Source of the DNA: Azolla caroliniana
Taxonomy: Eukaryota; Plantae; Polypodiophyta
Assembly (NCBI GenBank): GCA_043228905.1
Contig: JBHGNT010000022.1
Location: forward strand, 9,920,001-9,984,000
Reading direction: 5' to 3'
Length of the DNA: 64,000 nt
Shown: one piece after another, positions 11,805-24,147 of the stretch
Layout: every line of letters begins with the position of its first letter
Numbering within the stretch: position 1 is the first letter of the stretch
Translations under genes and position numbers: made by a program
Notes under the pieces: model-generated
Told to the model about the DNA's origin: nothing
Database searches by the model: none
What the model saw: the letters and a program-made list of their open reading frames with translations, nothing else

Positions 11805-12801
11805 GCATTCAAGTACTGTCAATACATGTCCTAGCCCGATAGCCAGGGCTTGTATAAAAGGTGCTCACTAAGCACAGTGTGTGTATAGATTGAGTATTAT
11901 TTTGAATTGAGTTTCTGTGTGTTCTCTCTCTCTCTCTCTCTCTCTCTCGTGTATATTCAAGCTCTCCATTAAACCTGCGTATTTTTTGTGTTAGGTTTTC
12001 TATTGCTTCCGCACATAATCATTTTCATTTTACCTCTAAGATATACCTACCTAGTCTCTTTACATCCGGGGTATCTAATAGTTTGGAGAGGGTGGGAGAG
12101 GATCCTAATATGTCTTGGTATTCTGCCCTTATCTCGGCATAGGTTGGACACTTACACGTAAAGTAATACTCATCCTCTATCTCAATGTGACATAATTTAC
12201 ATAGCCTTTCCTCTCTAGGGACTCTATTAGCACGACCATTCTCAATCTCAAGTTGGTGAGATGATATCCTAAGTTGTCCAATGACCAACCTTAGTACATT
12301 TGATAAGAATGTATCTAGATATCTTGGTCATGTAATAAAACCTAACTTAGAGATGTGCAATAACTGTTCCTTATAGTACTGTCAGGAACAATACTAAGAC
12401 AGAGAAGGAATTAGTACTAAAAGAAGTATTAGTACTAAGAGAGGTGAGGAACTCTCGAGAGAAGGAAAGACTGAGTGAGAGGGAGGGAGGGAGAGAGAGA
12501 GAGAGAGTGATGATAAGAAAAGATATATATTATGTGAAGAAAATGTATAGTAGCTAAGAGGCTTAAGACTGGCGTTGAACCGATTTGGTTCGAAATAATG
12601 CCTTGTGCCTCCTTTTATAGTGTTCTAAGGAATACTCCTGAAGTTTCTAGAATGTTCTAGAGAAATCTGGAATATACATCAATTTTCTATAATAAAACAT
12701 AAATGAAAATAATATTCTATGTATTACAATGTATAGTCTAATGGTCGAGAGCTCGACCCATGTAGTATAAGGTCATGTTCGAGTCTTGTCATATCATGAC
12801 A
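11805..12801. repeat. Near-identical copy of 29064-30058 (copia LTR half, LINE fragment, chromovirus LTR)
   Basis: The 87-aa ORF translations at 12025-12288 and 29282-29545 are identical, and both junctions are shared. Confidence 0.95.
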
Positions 12802-12826
12802 CTATCCCCCCTTTAAAACGACGAGT

Positions 12827-15800
12827 TTAATGAGTCGTTTTGGATTGAGGACCCGGTTTGTCTGGATATTGACGATGGAAGTCTTCAAGAAGAGCACGAG
12901 CATTGGTGACATTCTCTATCAGTTCCCAAGTACGCTCGCTGGGACTATATCCTAGCCAGTCGACTAGATAGTAGAGCTTGTTGCGAACAAGGTTGGAATC
13001 AAGGATGGTGGCAACCTCGTACTCAGGTCCATCTTCAAGCTCGATCGGGGGTGGAGGATGTGTAATACGTCCTGGGATGGTGCTTTCTTGATAGGGTTCG
13101 AGGAGAGAACTATGAAACACCGGATGTATCCGAAGTTGTGGAGGTAGATCAAGACGAAAAGCGACATCATTAATCTTTCCGATAATATGGAAAGGACCTA
13201 ATCGCTGATAATGCAACTTTTCGCATGGGCGAGTAAGTAGTCTTGATGTGTCGTCGGAGTAGCCATACCCGATCTCCAATGTTAAAACTAGATGGGAGTC
13301 AATGACGATCCGCATAAACCTTGTGTGTTTGTTGAGCTTGTTGGAGATGAGTAGATAAATCCGCTTGTATCTTGCGTAACCGCTCCAAACGATCCTCCGC
13401 GCACGGATTTGTGGACACCTCTGGGGTTTCAAGTACACACCACCGGGGGTGACATCCCCAAAAAGCATAAAATGGCGTAACTTTAGTGGATGCATGGATA
13501 GAGTTGTTATAGGAAAATTCGGCGAAGTGGAGAATATCTGCCTAGTCGTCCTGATGATAGCTGAGAAAGCACCGCAGATACTGCTCCAGCATGTGATTTG
13601 TTCGTTCAGCTTGGCCGTCGGTTTGTGGGTGGTAGCCGGAGGAGAGGTTACAAGAGACCTTGAGCATGTTAAAAAGGTGCTTCCAGAATTTTGACATGAA
13701 CTGGGGTCCACGGTCGCTAATGATACTATCGGGAAGTCCATGATGCCGACATACTTCACACATGACAATTTCGTTAGTGTCTGCACTAGAGATCTCCTTA
13801 GTACATGGAAAGAAATGAGCCATCTTCGTATATCGATCGACCACCGTTAGAATCGCATTGAACCCCTTAGAGACTGGAAGATCTGTGATGAAGTCTAGAG
13901 CAATGGATTGCCACGGCTTGCTTGGAATTGGTAATGGTTCTAATAAACCATATGGATGATGCCTTGGCATTTTCGCTCTGCAACATGTACCACAAGTCCG
14001 AACAAAATCCTCGACAAATTGTCGCATACAGGGCCACCAGAATGATCGTTGTACTAAATGTAATGTTTTAGTACTACCAAAATGCCCAGCTGTATATGTG
14101 TCATGGCAGTTTTGAATTACTCGAAGGTGGCAAGAACCATTAGGAACATACAAAAGTTCTTTAAAGAAGAGTAATCCATCATGGTATTTGAATTGCTGAT
14201 AGTCCGTATCTGGTGGTTGTGACTGTGAACACGATGCTCGACAGGGATCAATTTGTGCTAGTATAGCTTGGGCGAACGCATCTGTCTTCAAGTCTTCATG
14301 TATGGTATTGATAACGTGGGAATCCATGGGCATGTCAAAGATCTGTGTTGCTTGTAGTCGTGTCGGTCCCAAGATGACTTGTTTTTGGTTATCGAAAGCT
14401 GGCTCGCCGGGACGGGGTGCTAGATACGAACGTCGTGATAATGCATTTGCCTTCCCTTGGTGCTTCCCCGGACGATATGTAATTTTGAAGTCGAAACGCG
14501 TGAGGAAGTGGGCCCACCGAGCTTGACGTTGTCGTGTGAATAAAGTTTGATAAGATAGGGAAATTAGAACTATCCCACATAAATAGGAAAGTTAAGGCCC
14601 TGGCTATATAAACACCTTGAGCTCCCTCATTTTTCATTTGTGCTAAGAGCACTTCGGCCACTTTGTCTTGATGGATGATGGTGGCCAAATTCCCTAAAAC
14701 CGGAAACCGGCCGGTAAGCAAATCCGGAAAACGGGTCCGGTAAGCAAATCCGGAAACCGGCCGGTATGCAAAACCGGAACCGGCCGGCAAGCAAACCGGA
14801 ACCGGAACCGGTATGCAAACCGGAACCGGTATGCAAACCGGAAACCGGTCGGTAAGCAAAACCGGAACCGACCGGCAAGCAAAATGGAACCGGCTACTGG
14901 ACGAGGTTGGACGCGGACGGACGAAAGATTGGATCATGCAACAAACTAAAGTAAAGGCCATGTGGACGCAAGCAACTAAAGTTGGAGTGCATGGAAAAAG
15001 TAAAGGTCATGTGGATGCAAGCAACTAAAGTTGGAGTGCATGGAAAAAGTAAAGTTCATATGGACAGTCACATGCAACCAAAAGAAAAAGCTAGGCAACT
15101 AAAAGTAGCGGCCATGCAACAAAAAGTGGAAAGGCTATGATCAAGGGGGAACTCCATATATAATTCCATTTTTTTCCCCTTACACTCATACTTTCCATAT
15201 TATCTTAATTTTCTTTTCCTTCTCAACTCCCTTATCTTAGGGAAGCCATATCTCTCATAAACCCTAATCTTCGCTACGGAAGCGAGAATACTAAAAAACT
15301 TTAATCTTCCCTACGGAAGCCATAATACTCATATAACCATAATCTCTTATGAAAGCCAAGAACCCTAAATCTCTATGCAATCCATATCTTAGTTTCTTCT
15401 AATCTAATATTCTAGCAATCTCCTTAAGATAAAACTTTTGTAATCTCAATCTTGAGATTGATTGTAATCTTTCTTTCCCTTTATTAATGAAATTTGTGAA
15501 TCTTTATCATTTTGTATTAATTGTTTAATATATTCATACGAATATGATATCTTCCGGTCGGAGCCTCAAAGTTCGCGTGTCCTCGTCGTATTTTCGCGAC
15601 AACGTCGATTCAACACACGAGCATCCTGAAAGTAGGCAAGATTCTTGTGATCACTAAATACGGTGACTGGATGAGAGGATCCCTCCAGAAAATGCCTCCA
15701 TTGCATAAAAGAATCCACTATTGCCAACAGCTCCTTATCATGAATTTCGTAGTTAATTTCGGCGGTGTCAAACTTGCGTGAGTGAAAAGCCACAGGATGT

Positions 15801-18474
15801 AGCTTCTCATCATTCCCCTGTTGTGACAGAATGCTCCCCAATGCAAAATCCGATGCGTCAGCTTCGATAATGAATGCTTTTTCCGGATCGACATGAGCTA
15901 GAATTGGAGCCGACTTAAATGCATTTTTAAGACTCTTGAAAGCAATGTCCGTTTCTTCAGACCAGATGAACGGTTGTCCCTTCCTGGTAAGTTGTGTGAG
16001 AGGTAGAACCATCTTTGAGTAATCTTGTATGAACTTCCGGTAAAAATTGGCAAAGCCTAGGAAGCATTGCACATCCCACACCGAATGCGGAGTCTGCCAT
16101 TCTACCACCGTTTTGACCTTAGCTGGGTCCATGGAGATGCCTTTTGACGAAATGATGTAGCCGAGAAATTGCACTTGGTTGCACCCGAAACTACATTTTT
16201 CCAGCTTTGCATATAGACCATGTTCTCGAAGTCGTTTTAGTACTAATAGTACATGAGAATCATGTTCTTCTTGGGTCTTTGAATAAACCAGTAGATCATC
16301 CAAATAGATGATCAAACAATCATCCAATAGATTCAACACACGAGCTTGACGTCGATTCAACACACGAGCATCCTGAAAGTAGGCAAGGTTCTTATGGTCA
16401 CTAAATACGGTGACCGGATGAGAGGATCCCTCCAGAAAATGCCTCCATTGCATAAAAGAATCTACTATTGCCAATAGCTCCTTATCATGAATTTCGTAGT
16501 TGATTTCGGTGGCGTCAAACTTGCGTGAGTGAAAAGCCACAGGATGTAGCTTCTCATCATTCCCCTGTTGTGACAGAATGCTCCCCAATACAAAATCCGA
16601 TGCGTCAGCTTTGATAATAAATGGTTTTTTCCGGATCGACATGAGCTAGAATTGGAGCCGATGTAAATGTCTTTTTAAGACTCTCGAAAGCCACGTCCGT
16701 TTCTTCAGACCAAATGAACGGTTGTCCCTTCCTGGTAAGTTGTGTGAGAGTTAGAACGATCTTTGAGTAATCTCGTATGAACTTCCGGTAAAAATTGGCA
16801 AAGCCTAGGAAGCATTGCACATCCCGCACCGAACGTGGAGTCTGCCATTCTACCACCGTTTTGACCTTAGCTGGGTCCATGGAGATGCCTTCTGACGAAA
16901 TGATGTAGCCGAGAAATTCCACTTGGTTGCACCCGAAACTACATTTTTCCAGCTTTGCATACAGACCATGTTCTCGAAGTCGTTTTAGTACTAATAGTAC
17001 ATGAGAATCATGTTCTTCTTGGGTCTTAGAATAAACCAGTAGATCATCCAAATAGATGATCAAACAATCATCCAAATTGTGTGAGAGTTAGAACGATCTT
17101 TGAGTAATCTTGTATGAACTTCCGGTAAAAATGGCAAAGCCTAGGAAGCATTGCACATCCTGCACCGAACGTGGAGTCTGCCATTCTACCACAGTTTTGA
17201 CCTTAGCTGGGTCCATGGAGATGCCTTCTGACAAAATGATGTAGCCGAGAAATTCCACTTGGTTGCACCCGAAACTACATTTTTCCAGCTTTGCATACAG
17301 ACCATGTTCTCGAAGTCGTTTTAGTACTAATAGTACATGAGAATCATGTTCTTCTTGGGTCTTTGAATAAACCAATAGATCATCCAAATAGATGATCAAA
17401 CAATCATCCAATAGATCTTGGAATATATCATTAGCCATGTGCTGGAAGACTGCCGGTGCATTAGTGAGGCCGAACGGCATGACCGTATACTCGAAGTGCC
17501 CATATCTGGTGCGAAACGCAGTCTTCCATTCGTCTCCTGGTCGGATCCGTACGAGGTTATATGCTCCCCGTAAGTCGATCTTCGTGAAGAACCTGGCACT
17601 ATTGATCCGTTCTAAAAGACTTGAGATAAGGGGAAGAGCATACCTATTCCTGATTGTAACCTTATTCAAGCCACGGTAATCTACAACGAGACGAAGCGAT
17701 CCATCTTTTTTCTTGACGAAGAAAATGGGCGCGCCAGCTGGAGATTTCGAATGTCGAATGAAACCATTTTCCAAATTCTCCTCGATATAGGCCCGAAGGA
17801 CTTCCAGCTCGGTTGGTGATAAATTGTAGATTGGTCCCCATGGCGGCTCTTTTCCCGGTTGTAAATCGATGGGGCAATCGTACGGTCGATGATGAGGAAG
17901 TGTGTTAGCTTGTACTTTATCGAACACATCGGCGTAATGACGATACTTCTCGGGAAGTTGAACGATGGATTCTTCGTTAGTGGTGCTGGAGGGGTTTACT
18001 GATATTGCAAAGAGGAACATTTCCTCCTCACGCAACTGACGTAGGGAAATGGTTGCCATCTTTTGAGTTGACCCTTGGGTTTGTCGACACCGGATTTCTC
18101 TTGTTCTCCAATCTATGTCTGGGTTATGTAACTCGAACCACGGTAATCCTAAAACTATGGGATGCTACACATGCTAAGTTATCTAGGAAAATATTAATGG
18201 GCTCTGACTCTTCTATGATATTTCCGGAAGCAATGGGACGTCCATCAATGACTACTATAGAGGCTGGACACTGGAGTTTTCTTAGGGATATCTTATGAGC
18301 TTGAGCAAATTTCTTATCCATAAAGCAAGAGTTAGCTCCAGAATCTAGGAGTGCTAGGACATGTACTGGAGGGGTACTTTTAGTACTAACTATTACTTGG
18401 GCTACGAACACATCACTAACTTGCTTAGAGGGAATGGAACCACTAATGGGCTGCACAGATCTAGGGTTGTCCAA
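12827..18474 (-). pseudogene. Pol of chromovirus T1: PR, RT, RNase H (internally duplicated), integrase and chromodomain
   Basis: PR: LLDSGANSCF. RT: KIDLRGAYN, MPFGLTNAP, YLDD. RNase H: DASDFALG. Integrase: HDTYTAGHFG..CGTC, LDFITDLP, SDRG, DGQAER. Chromodomain: EYEVATILDS..YLVDWLGYSPSERTWE. Confidence 0.93.
14530..15601. mobile_element. Solo LTR with 4-bp TSD ACGT, inserted in T1 pol
   Basis: Termini TGTCGTG...CGCGACA, with ACGT at 14526-14529 and 15602-15605. The empty site GCTTGACGTCGATTC survives in the duplicate at ~16344. Internal AAACCGG-rich repeats at 14697-14895. Confidence 0.9.
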
Positions 18475-18500
18475 CCAAACGGCTCCTATTTTGGCTGGAC

Positions 18501-19653
18501 TTAGTCGTTTAACTCTTCTTCTAACTGACTAAGGACATCAAATTTGTTCGCTAGATCTGGGCTATTAGTACTATTAGGACTATCAGATATTCCTACTGAA
18601 ATAGGCTCGGGTTTAGTACAATTAGAACTAGCAATTATTTGGTTTACCTGTCTTCGAGGCCTATGGGGGCAATTTATTGCGATATGTCCTGGTCCACCGT
18701 AGTAAAGACATAGTTGATTTGTATGGCGTCGCTGCTTTTCTTCTTCGGATAATGGCCCTCGGCGACGTGTAGTGTCAATCTCCATCGGAGTCGGAGTACT
18801 CACTGGAGGTGCATTATATGACTCCCTCGGAAAAGGTCTTGCTACCACTAAGGCGTAGGTGGGCTCTGATCTTCGCCTCGGCATTTGTAGCGGTCTTTCC
18901 GAACGTCGCTCAAAGAGGCGGTTGTCACATCTCACCGCGCGACTGATTGCTTCTGTTAAGGACTTTGGCTCTTCAGGGAAGGTCAAGAGTAAATCCTTCA
19001 CGTCGTTACGTAAACCATAACGGAATTGCTCCATCAACGCTTGATCATCCCAAGGTATATCGGCGGCGAGTAGGCAAAAATCTGCAGCGTATGCGGAGGC
19101 TGGACGATCACCTTGGCGTAATCGCTGAATTTTGTTGATTGCGGTCCTGATGCTGTCAGTATCTTTGAAACATGCTTTAAACTCACCTAGAAACTCTTTA
19201 AAATTGTTGAGTAACGGAGATTCCTTTTCTAATAGTGGAGCGAACCATGACAACACTGAGCCACTTAACAAAGTGCCTACTAAACCCACTTGTGATGCAT
19301 CGGTGGGATATCGGGAAGGATGCATTTGGATAACTAATCGTACCTGGTTAAGGAACCCTCTAAACTGCAATCGCGTTCCATCGAACTTCGTGGGAAGGCC
19401 AATCTTGGGTTCTTTATGAATCCCTTGTGTTCCGGGCCCTTGTAGTTGCATCGCTACGATGGTTGCTTCGAGTTGTTGCACGCGTAACGCAAGTTCCCCA
19501 TGCTGTTGTTGCATTTGCTGCTTTTCTAAGGAGATTTGCTGAAGATCCCCCAGCAACCGTTGGTTTTCTTGTTCCAAAGCATGGAACTTCTCTTTCAAGC
19601 ATTGAAATTCCGAGAAAACAAAATTGATATTCTTCAGCGCTAACAGTGGCCAT
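18501..19653 (-). pseudogene. Gag of chromovirus T1 (frameshift near the start)
   Basis: PTKFDGTRLQFRGFLNQV, LRQGDRPASAYAADF, TPMEID and a degenerate knuckle CLYYGGPGHIAINC. ATG 19653 inferred from the homologous start at 56571. Confidence 0.88.
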
Positions 19654-19831
19654 GGGATGAAAGAAAAGAGGAATAAGAGATAAGTAGGAAATAAGAGAGA
19701 TAGAAGGTAGGAAAATTGGTTCAAACTGTCAGGAACAATACTGAGACAGAGAAGGAATTAATACTAAACGAAGGATTAGTACTATGAGAGGTATAGAACT
19801 TCTTCGAGAGAAGGAAGGAGTGAGCGAGACG

Positions 19832-19862
<31 letters not shown>

Positions 19863-20532
19863 TGAGTGATGATAAGAAAGATATGTATTATATGAAGAGA
19901 ATATACAATGGTGGCTAAAAGGCTTAAGACTGGCGTTGAACCAATTTGGTTCAACATAATGCCTAGTGGCCTCTTTTATAGTGTTTTCATGAGTAATCCT
20001 GAAGCTTCTAGAATGTTCTAGAGAAATTTGGAATATACACTAATTTCCTATAATAAAATGTAAATGAAAATAATATTCTACGTATTACAATAGATGGTCT
20101 AATGGTCAAGAGCTCAACCCATATAACCTAAGGTCATGGGTTCGGGTCTTGCCATATCATGACACCCTAGAGCTCCCCGACCGGGGGCTTGGCCATAGAC
20201 AATGGTTGTATCTCATGCGGCCTAGGTCCGTCTTGAAGTCGGTGTTAAATCTCGTTGTCGTGTAAATACATATACATTTGGTTGTGCATATTCGGGTCTC
20301 TATTGGCATGCATGTGTCTGTCTTAGTGTTTCTTTCTTGCTTATGTACATGTTCGTGCGAGAGTCAATGTTGCGTGCCTGCTTTCTCTCTCTCTCTCTCC
20401 CTTTGGTTGCTTCCGGTGTGCTCCTAGGGTGCCCCGGGAAGGGTGAAGCACGACTTCCTACGCTCTGTCACTCCCTAGTCCAAGACACCCATGGTCCCGC
20501 CTTTCTCCACGCACGCGCGTAACAACGTGACA

Positions 20533-23453
20533 ACGAAGTCACATGCTGGATCGCAGTACTTCGTGACGTTCATAGATGACCACAGCCGGAAGCTGTGGGC
20601 CACACCGTTGAAGACGAAGGATCAGGTGTTATCCGTCTTCAAAGAGCTCCACGCAAGACTGGAAAGAGAAACCGGCCGGAAGCTGAAGGCGGTTCAGGCA
20701 GATAACAGAGGTGAATACCGGGGGCAGTTCAAGGAGTATTATCACTCGAAGGAAATCCGGCTCGAATTTACCGTGCCGAAGACGCCGGAACTAAACGAGT
20801 TGGCCGAGAGGATGAACTGGACCATAATGGAGAGGGTCCGGAGTATGCTGGCGCATGCAAAACTACCCAAGAAGTTTTGGGCTGAGCCACTCTCGACGGC
20901 GACATATGTGATAAACAGATCACCCTTAGTACCCTTGGACGGAGACACGCCATAGAGAGTCTGGACCGGTAAGGAAGTGTCCTACCGGCATCTGAAGGTA
21001 TTCGGGTGTCTCGCGTATGTGAATGTAGCTAAGGACCGGAGAGGAAAACTAGATCCGAAGTCCTGGCCATGCATATTCCTCGGTTATGGCGACGATGAGT
21101 TTGGCTACCGAGTGTGGGACCTAGTTGACAAGAAGGTATTCCGGAGTCGAGATATTATCTTCATGGAGGACAAGATGCTCGCCGATTGGGAGTCGGAGAA
21201 GAAGATAATGAACTCAGAGTCCACTCGTAAGGATCGATTCTACGATGAGCCGACCCAACTGGCAAGAGACCGGTTAGCACTCGAGGAACCGGCCAGTTAC
21301 GGTGAGGACACCGAACCGGCAGAAGAAGAAGTAGAGGAAGCTGAAACCGGAACCGGCCAAGGCCCCGAATCGGATTCCAATGAAGAGCAAATGGAGGAGC
21401 CGGTTGCCGAAGCCCAGAGACAAAGATATCCTCTCAGAGAGAGAAGGGGCCCCCGGAGATTTCCGGATGTAGAGCATGTGCTGCTAACCGATGAGGGGGA
21501 GCCACAAAGCTTCGAAGAAGCGAAGGATGACACCCACAGCCGAAAATGGTTAAGTGCCATGCAGGATGAGATGGATTCCCTGCATGAGAACCATACGTAC
21601 GAATTGGTGGAGTTGCCGAAAGGAAAGCAGGCACTCGGAAACAAGTGGGTGTACAAGTTGAAACCGAGAGATGCCGGCAACCCCCCGAGATACAAAGCCA
21701 GGATCGTGGTGAGGGGTTCTAGCAGAAGAAGGGTGTGGACTTCGACGAGATATTTGCCCCGGTAGTAAAGATGACCTCCAGCCGGACAGTGCTGAGTATA
21801 GCGGCAAGCATGGACCTCGAGGTAGAGCAGCTGGACGTGAAGACAACATTCCCTCATGGTGACCTTGAAGAGGAGATTTACATGCAGCAACCAGAAGGAT
21901 TTGTGGAGAAAGGGAATGAGCACTTGGTATGCCGGTTGAAGAAGAGCCTGTACGGACTGAAGCAGGCTCCCCGACAATGGTACCGGAAGTTCGACTCCTT
22001 CACGACCGATCAAGGGTACCACAAGACGTAGGCCAATCACTATGTGTTTGTGAAGAAGTTCGAAGGAGGCGACTTCTTGATACTCCTTCTATACGTGGAC
22101 GACATGTTGATCGTCAGACGGGTCCAAGCCAAAATATGGATGCTGAAGAAGGCTCTCAACCAGACCTTCTCAATGAAAGACTTGAGTCCGGCAAGACAGA
22201 TGTTGGGGATGCATATCATCCGAAACCGGCCAACGAAGCAATTGTGGCTGTCACAGGAGAAGTACGTGACAAAGGTGCTTCAGTGGTTCAACATGTCAGA
22301 TGCGAAACCGGTCGGATTGACACTTCCAACAAACTGCAGGTTATCCGGTAAGCAAAGCCCGAAGATGAAAGCAGAGAAGGCGGATATGATGAAGGTTCCA
22401 TATGCCTTTGCCGTCGGAAGCTTAATGTACGCAATGGTGTGTACCCGACCGGATATAGGATACACAGTTGGAGTGGTGAGCCGGTTTATGAGCAATCCCG
22501 GTAAGGAGCACTGGAACGCGGTCAAATGGATACTCCGGTACTTGAAGAGCACTTCAAATATGTGTCTCCGATTCGGCTTAGGAAAACCTCAACTTGACGG
22601 TTTTACCGATTCGGACATGTCGGCTGATGTGGATACCAGCCGGTTCACATCTGGGTATGTAATGACATATGCAGGGGGAGCTGTTTCGTGGCAGTCGAGG
22701 CTGCAGAAGACGGTTGCGTTGTCAACCATGGAGGAGGAGTACATGGTGGTTGTGGAAGCCGGCAAGGAAATATTATGGATGAAGGACTTCATCGGAGAGC
22801 TCGATATCTGACAAGATGAATATCGGCTCTATTGCGACAGCCAAAGTGCCATCCACCTTGCTAAGAATGCAGCCTACCATTCCCGGACGAAGCATATCCA
22901 GCGTAGGTATCACTAGATCCGGGAAAGAGTAGATGCCCAGGAGTTCGCGCTTACGAAGATCCACACGGCCGAGAACGGCTTAGATATGCTGACCAAAGTA
23001 CTGACACCTGACAAGCTGGATGCATGTCGGAAGCGGGTCGGACTACAAAGACATCTCATGCCGGAGTGAAGGGGGAGTTTGTTGGGAAACAGGTTCCTCC
23101 GACAACGGAAGACCCGGTGAGAACCAGATGAGGAGTACCCGGCAACGGAAGACCCGGTGAGAATCGGATGACGAGTACCTGGAAACGGAAGACCCGGTGA
23201 GAACCAGATGAGTACCCGGAAACGGAAGACCCGGTGAGAACCGGATGATGAGTGCCCGGCAAGCACCGGATGATGCAGGCCTGGTGAGGAGTGCTCACCG
23301 GATGAAGGGACATATTCGTAAATATGTTTCTGAGAGTCCATCGGGGCTATATTTGAAAATAGACGAAAAGTCATATTAGTATAAATATGACTTAGGGCAA
23401 ACTTAGTGTTGTTGGTGTCATTCTTGTTGGCGCAAGATTAAAGCGCAACAATG

Positions 23454-23487
<34 letters not shown>

Positions 23488-23765
23488 GAGGTCGTTGCCT
23501 CTGTTGTAACCGCCGCTTGTGGCGAAGATAACAAGCTCAAGGTCGTTGCCTCGGTGCTTTACCATTGTATATTGTTACATAGTGATAGTCTGCAGTCTGT
23601 GGGCTGCCGTGGTTTTTTCCCTAGTTTGGGTTTTTTCCACGTTAACATCCTCTGTATCCTTCTCTCCATTGTGTCGTGCATTCATTCCCGTTTTCTCTGT
23701 GTTTGATTCTAAGCTTGGTTGTGGCTGAGCGTTGTTCATCGGGAGCGCGTAGTTCTTGTCAAACA
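20533..23765 (+). mobile_element. Ty1/copia element C1, 3' part (INT-RT-RH, degenerate) plus 3' LTR 23080-23765
   Basis: YFVTFIDD, LAERMN, KWVYKLK, LDVKT, LYGLKQAPRQW, LYVDDML, TDSD. PPT GAAGGGGGAG precedes TGTTGGG...CAAACA. A ~40-bp tandem repeat lies at 23104-23260. Confidence 0.9.
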
Positions 23766-23796
23766 CTTTGTAGCTTATTCTCCCTATGTTGTTTTA

Positions 23797-24089
23797 TGTT
23801 GAGAGACAAGCTCAACATTAGTGCGTAATACGATGCGTAACCCAGTGCGTAGACTGGGTGCGTAAAAAAGTACGCATAACGTGGCCATATCGGTGCGTAA
23901 ACCGGAAGGTCGTTAGTATGGTATTCCTTGTAAAGAATAATTTTGGGAGTTAGTGTAGTAGGCTCCTTTATGAGCATTCAAGTACTGTCAGTACTTGTGT
24001 CAGCCCGATAGTCAGGGCTTGTATAAAAGGTGCTCACTGACCATGGTGTATGTATAGATTGAATATTATTTTGAATTGAGTTTCTGTGT

Positions 24090-24147
<58 letters not shown>

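Larger units (their letters stand above)
11307..20164 (-). mobile_element. Tcn1/Tf1-like chromovirus T1 with three LTRs
   Basis: Near-identical terminal LTRs at 11307-11742 and 19727-20164, plus an internal variant LTR at 12380-12801. TSD CCCGA/CCCTA. PPT next to both left-hand LTRs. Encodes gag-PR-RT-RH-INT-chromodomain. Confidence 0.92.
1..20532 (+). mobile_element. Ty3/gypsy-type LTR element A, non-autonomous (gag only recognisable), hosting nested insertions; itself inserted in the integrase of copia C1
   Basis: 5' LTR end at 1-216 matches ~20319-20532 (...CAACGCGACA / ...CAACGTGACA). PBS at 221, PPT-like GGTTAGGTGGGGGCCGA just before TGTTATG at 10867. The 3' LTR is 10867-20532, interrupted by 11307-20164. 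Copia integrase coding resumes at 20533. Confidence 0.85.

Noticed and set aside
12827-13786. 319-aa ORF as a novel protein
   Set aside because: An out-of-frame N-terminal part joined by frameshift to the integrase tail and chromodomain.
14389-14961. Repeat-protein-like ORFs (PVPVC/RFRFAY)
   Set aside because: Translations of the AAACCGG array inside a solo LTR.
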